In this document: piece after piece, positions 46,972-48,990 of the stretch
Layout of the letters: every line of letters begins with the position of its first letter
Position numbering within the stretch: the first letter of the stretch is position 1
Source of the DNA: Gammaproteobacteria bacterium
Lineage (GTDB): Bacteria; Pseudomonadota; Gammaproteobacteria; Pseudomonadales; Azotimanducaceae
Length of the DNA: 48,990 nucleotides
Reading direction: 5' to 3'
Assembly (NCBI GenBank): GCA_963693635.1
Contig: CAVOBC010000001.1
Span: 1-48,990 of the forward strand
The notes under the pieces: generated by a model
What the model was told of the DNA's origin: nothing
The model's database searches: none
The model's input: the letters and a program-made list of their open reading frames with translations, nothing else
Translations under genes and position numbers: made by a program

Positions 46972-47925
46972 TTGACTACCACCCTTGGCGTCGTAATGGA
47001 CCCCATCGACACCATCAATCCCAGGAAAGACAGCACCTTTGCGATGCTTCTCGCGGCACAACGGCGCGGCTTTCAACTCCGCTATCTGACCCAGGGCGAC
47101 CTGTACGCAAAGGGCGGAGAAGTATGGGCCAGGCAACGCTCGCTCACAGTAAGAGATGACGAACACGACTGGTTCGAACTGGGCGAGGGCTCGCACAGCC
47201 GTCTGGACAACGTCGATGTCCTGCTGATGCGCAAGGACCCGCCGTTCGACATGGAATTCATCTACACGACCTACCTCCTTGAGATCGTCGCCCGGCAGGG
47301 GGTCCTCGTGCTCAACAACCCCCGCAGCATCCGCGACTGCAATGAGAAGCTGTTCGCGCTGCAGTTTCCCCAATGCTGCCCCCCGCTTCTCGTCAGCCGG
47401 GATCAGGCCCTGCTCGCGTCCTTTCATGGCGAACACCAGGACGTCATCTTCAAGCCGCTGGACGGCATGGGGGGAGCTTCGATCTTTCGGATTGACGAAA
47501 ACGGCACCAATCTCGGCGTCGTGCTCGAGACGCTGACCAACTTCGGGACGCGTCAGATCATGGCCCAGCGCTACATCCCCGAAATCGTCGATGGCGACAC
47601 GCGCATCCTGATGATCAATGGAGAACCGGTGCCCTACGGTCTCGCACGCATCCCGCAGGGCGGGGAAACCCGCGGCAATCTCGCTGCTGGGGGCGTCGGT
47701 GTCGGTCGGCCCCTGACCGATCACGACCGCTGGATCTGCGATCAGGTAGGCCCGACCCTCGCTGAGAAGGGCCTCGCCTTCGTCGGCATCGATGTCATCG
47801 GCGACTACCTCACGGAAATCAATGTCACCTGTCCAACCTGCATCCGCGAGATCGACAAGGCCTTCGATCTCGACATCGCCGGCATGTTCATGGACTACAT
47901 CGGTTCGAAGCTTGGCCTCACCTGA
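46972..47925 (+). CDS. gshB: glutathione synthetase
   Basis: (L)TTTLGVVMDPIDTINPRKDSTFAMLLAAQRRGF is collinear with the E. coli GshB N-terminus. A TTG start is preceded by AAGGAA. Confidence 0.9.
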   Translation: MTTTLGVVMDPIDTINPRKDSTFAMLLAAQRRGFQLRYLTQGDLYAKGGEVWARQRSLTVRDDEHDWFELGEGSHSRLDNVDVLLMRKDPPFDMEFIYTTYLLEIVARQGVLVLNNPRSIRDCNEKLFALQFPQCCPPLLVSRDQALLASFHGEHQDVIFKPLDGMGGASIFRIDENGTNLGVVLETLTNFGTRQIMAQRYIPEIVDGDTRILMINGEPVPYGLARIPQGGETRGNLAAGGVGVGRPLTDHDRWICDQVGPTLAEKGLAFVGIDVIGDYLTEINVTCPTCIREIDKAFDLDIAGMFMDYIGSKLGLT

Positions 47926-47928
47926 CAC

Positions 47929-48822
47929 ATGGTGGCCACTTTTCCTCAACCGGGCGCAGTGGTTTCTACCGCCGACCGGCTGACCTTCACCGTTTTCCTG
48001 GCGGTCGCCATGCACGCCGCAATCATCCTTGGCGTTACCTTCACACGTGAAGAGCGCGGCGCGTCAACCCACACAATGGAAGTGACGCTCGCACAACACC
48101 GCAGCCGCGACTCCCCGGACAAGGCCGACTTTCTCGCCCAGTTCAATCAGCAAGGCAGCGGCACACTGGAAGAAAAAGCGCTGACAACGTCGCCCAGTCG
48201 ATCCGAGTTCCACGACACAACCATCCACGAGACAAACCCCGTGCCGACGGTCGCCACCGCCCGGCAGACCGAGCAGCAGCGCAAGCCGCTTGTTGCCACG
48301 ACGGCCAGCGCGCCCGTCAAGACCGTCCTATCTAACCGGAGCTTCGACGCCCCCATCGACGCGCCCGAGGACTCACCCAATAAGACCCTACTGACCCGGA
48401 GCCTTGAAATTGCGAGCCTTGAGGCCCGCCTCGGCGCCCTGCAGCAGGTGCACGCCAAGCGGCCCCGGATCAAGCGGTTGACGTCCCTGTCAACACGGTC
48501 GAGCGCTGATGCTTACTACCTCAACTCGTGGCGGCGCAAGATTGAGACCATTGGCAATCTCAACTACCCAGCCGATGCCAGGCGGCACAAGCTGTACGGG
48601 TCGCTGCGGCTAATGGTCGCGATCCTTCCGAATGGCCGCATCAAAGAGATCGAGTTGCTCGAGTCGTCGGGTCACCCGTCGCTCGACGATGCAGCTATCC
48701 GCATCGTGCGGCTGGCGTCTCCGTACGCGCCTTTCCCGGACGATCTGCGCCGTACAACCGACGTCCTTGAGATCATTCGCACCTGGCAGTTCCGCCGCAA
48801 CTCGTCGCTGCGTTCGTTCTGA
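47929..48822 (+). CDS. tonB: TonB-family energy transducer (TonB3-like)
   Basis: It has an N-terminal anchor (FTVFLAVAMHAAIILGV) and a C-terminal TonB domain (YYLNSWRRKIE...YPADARRHKLYGSLRLMVAILPNGRIKEIELLESSGHPSLDDAAIRIV). It has no Pro-rich (EP/KP) spacer. It lies between gshB and yqgE, like P. aeruginosa tonB3. Confidence 0.75.
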   Translation: MVATFPQPGAVVSTADRLTFTVFLAVAMHAAIILGVTFTREERGASTHTMEVTLAQHRSRDSPDKADFLAQFNQQGSGTLEEKALTTSPSRSEFHDTTIHETNPVPTVATARQTEQQRKPLVATTASAPVKTVLSNRSFDAPIDAPEDSPNKTLLTRSLEIASLEARLGALQQVHAKRPRIKRLTSLSTRSSADAYYLNSWRRKIETIGNLNYPADARRHKLYGSLRLMVAILPNGRIKEIELLESSGHPSLDDAAIRIVRLASPYAPFPDDLRRTTDVLEIIRTWQFRRNSSLRSF

Positions 48823-48895
48823 CCCTGGCCTCCCGCTGGCAGCACTTTCCGGACGCAGCGGCGGTGCGCACGGGTCGATGCGATATACTCGCGGC

Positions 48896-48990
48896 ATGTC
48901 AGATTCCTCCTATCGCAGCCAGTTTCTTATCGCACTTCCAACGCTCGGCGGCGACTACTTCTCTGATGCTGTCATCCTGCTGATCGACCA
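48896..48990 (+). CDS. yqgE: YqgE/AlgH family protein (5' fragment, runs off the window)
   Basis: MSDSSYRSQFLIALPTLGGDYFSDAVILLIDH parallels E. coli YqgE ([26 protein letters not shown]). Only 31 codons are visible. Confidence 0.6.
   Translation, partial: MSDSSYRSQFLIALPTLGGDYFSDAVILLID

Noticed and set aside
1-48990. A window-wide screen for tRNA/rRNA, CRISPR arrays, IS/transposase, integrase, phage, toxin-antitoxin or defence genes.
   Set aside because: None was recognised. Every ORF longer than 100 aa that is not an antisense shadow is assigned to a housekeeping or Pil-Chp function, so I do not claim a hidden accessory island.

Overview
GC-rich, densely packed chromosomal core DNA. The gene order suggests a gammaproteobacterium, with Pseudomonas/E. 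coli-like blocks: ilvE-glnE; gcvH/ubiH-pepP-ygfB next to zapA-6S RNA-ygfA; pgk-tkt/metK-metF; algH(yqgE)-tonB-gshB divergent from pilG-pilH-pilI-pilJ-chpA-chpC. I call about 38 protein genes, one ncRNA (6S RNA, invisible to the ORF track), two decayed genes and several short repeat families. I found no tRNA/rRNA, CRISPR array, transposase, integrase, phage or defence-island gene, and no convincing novel multi-gene system; most of the window is housekeeping. The items most worth a second look are: (1) a Pil-Chp type IV pilus chemosensory cluster that lacks the CheR (pilK) and CheB (chpB) genes and encodes a 2584-aa ChpA with triplicated Hpt modules and a ~480-aa hyper-acidic repeat linker; (2) a CyaB-like membrane adenylate cyclase, the usual Pil-Chp output enzyme, broken by a frameshift; (3) a guanidinobutyrase-like gene with three indels and one nonsense codon; (4) an ~85-nt repeat present twice, each copy starting exactly at the TAG stop codon of a + strand gene; (5) an orphan GspE/PilB-type secretion ATPase with no partner genes; (6) unusual direct-repeat arrays in the tkt-pgk and pilH-pilI spacers. 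Protein identifications rest on reading the supplied translations against remembered family motifs, and no database search was run.
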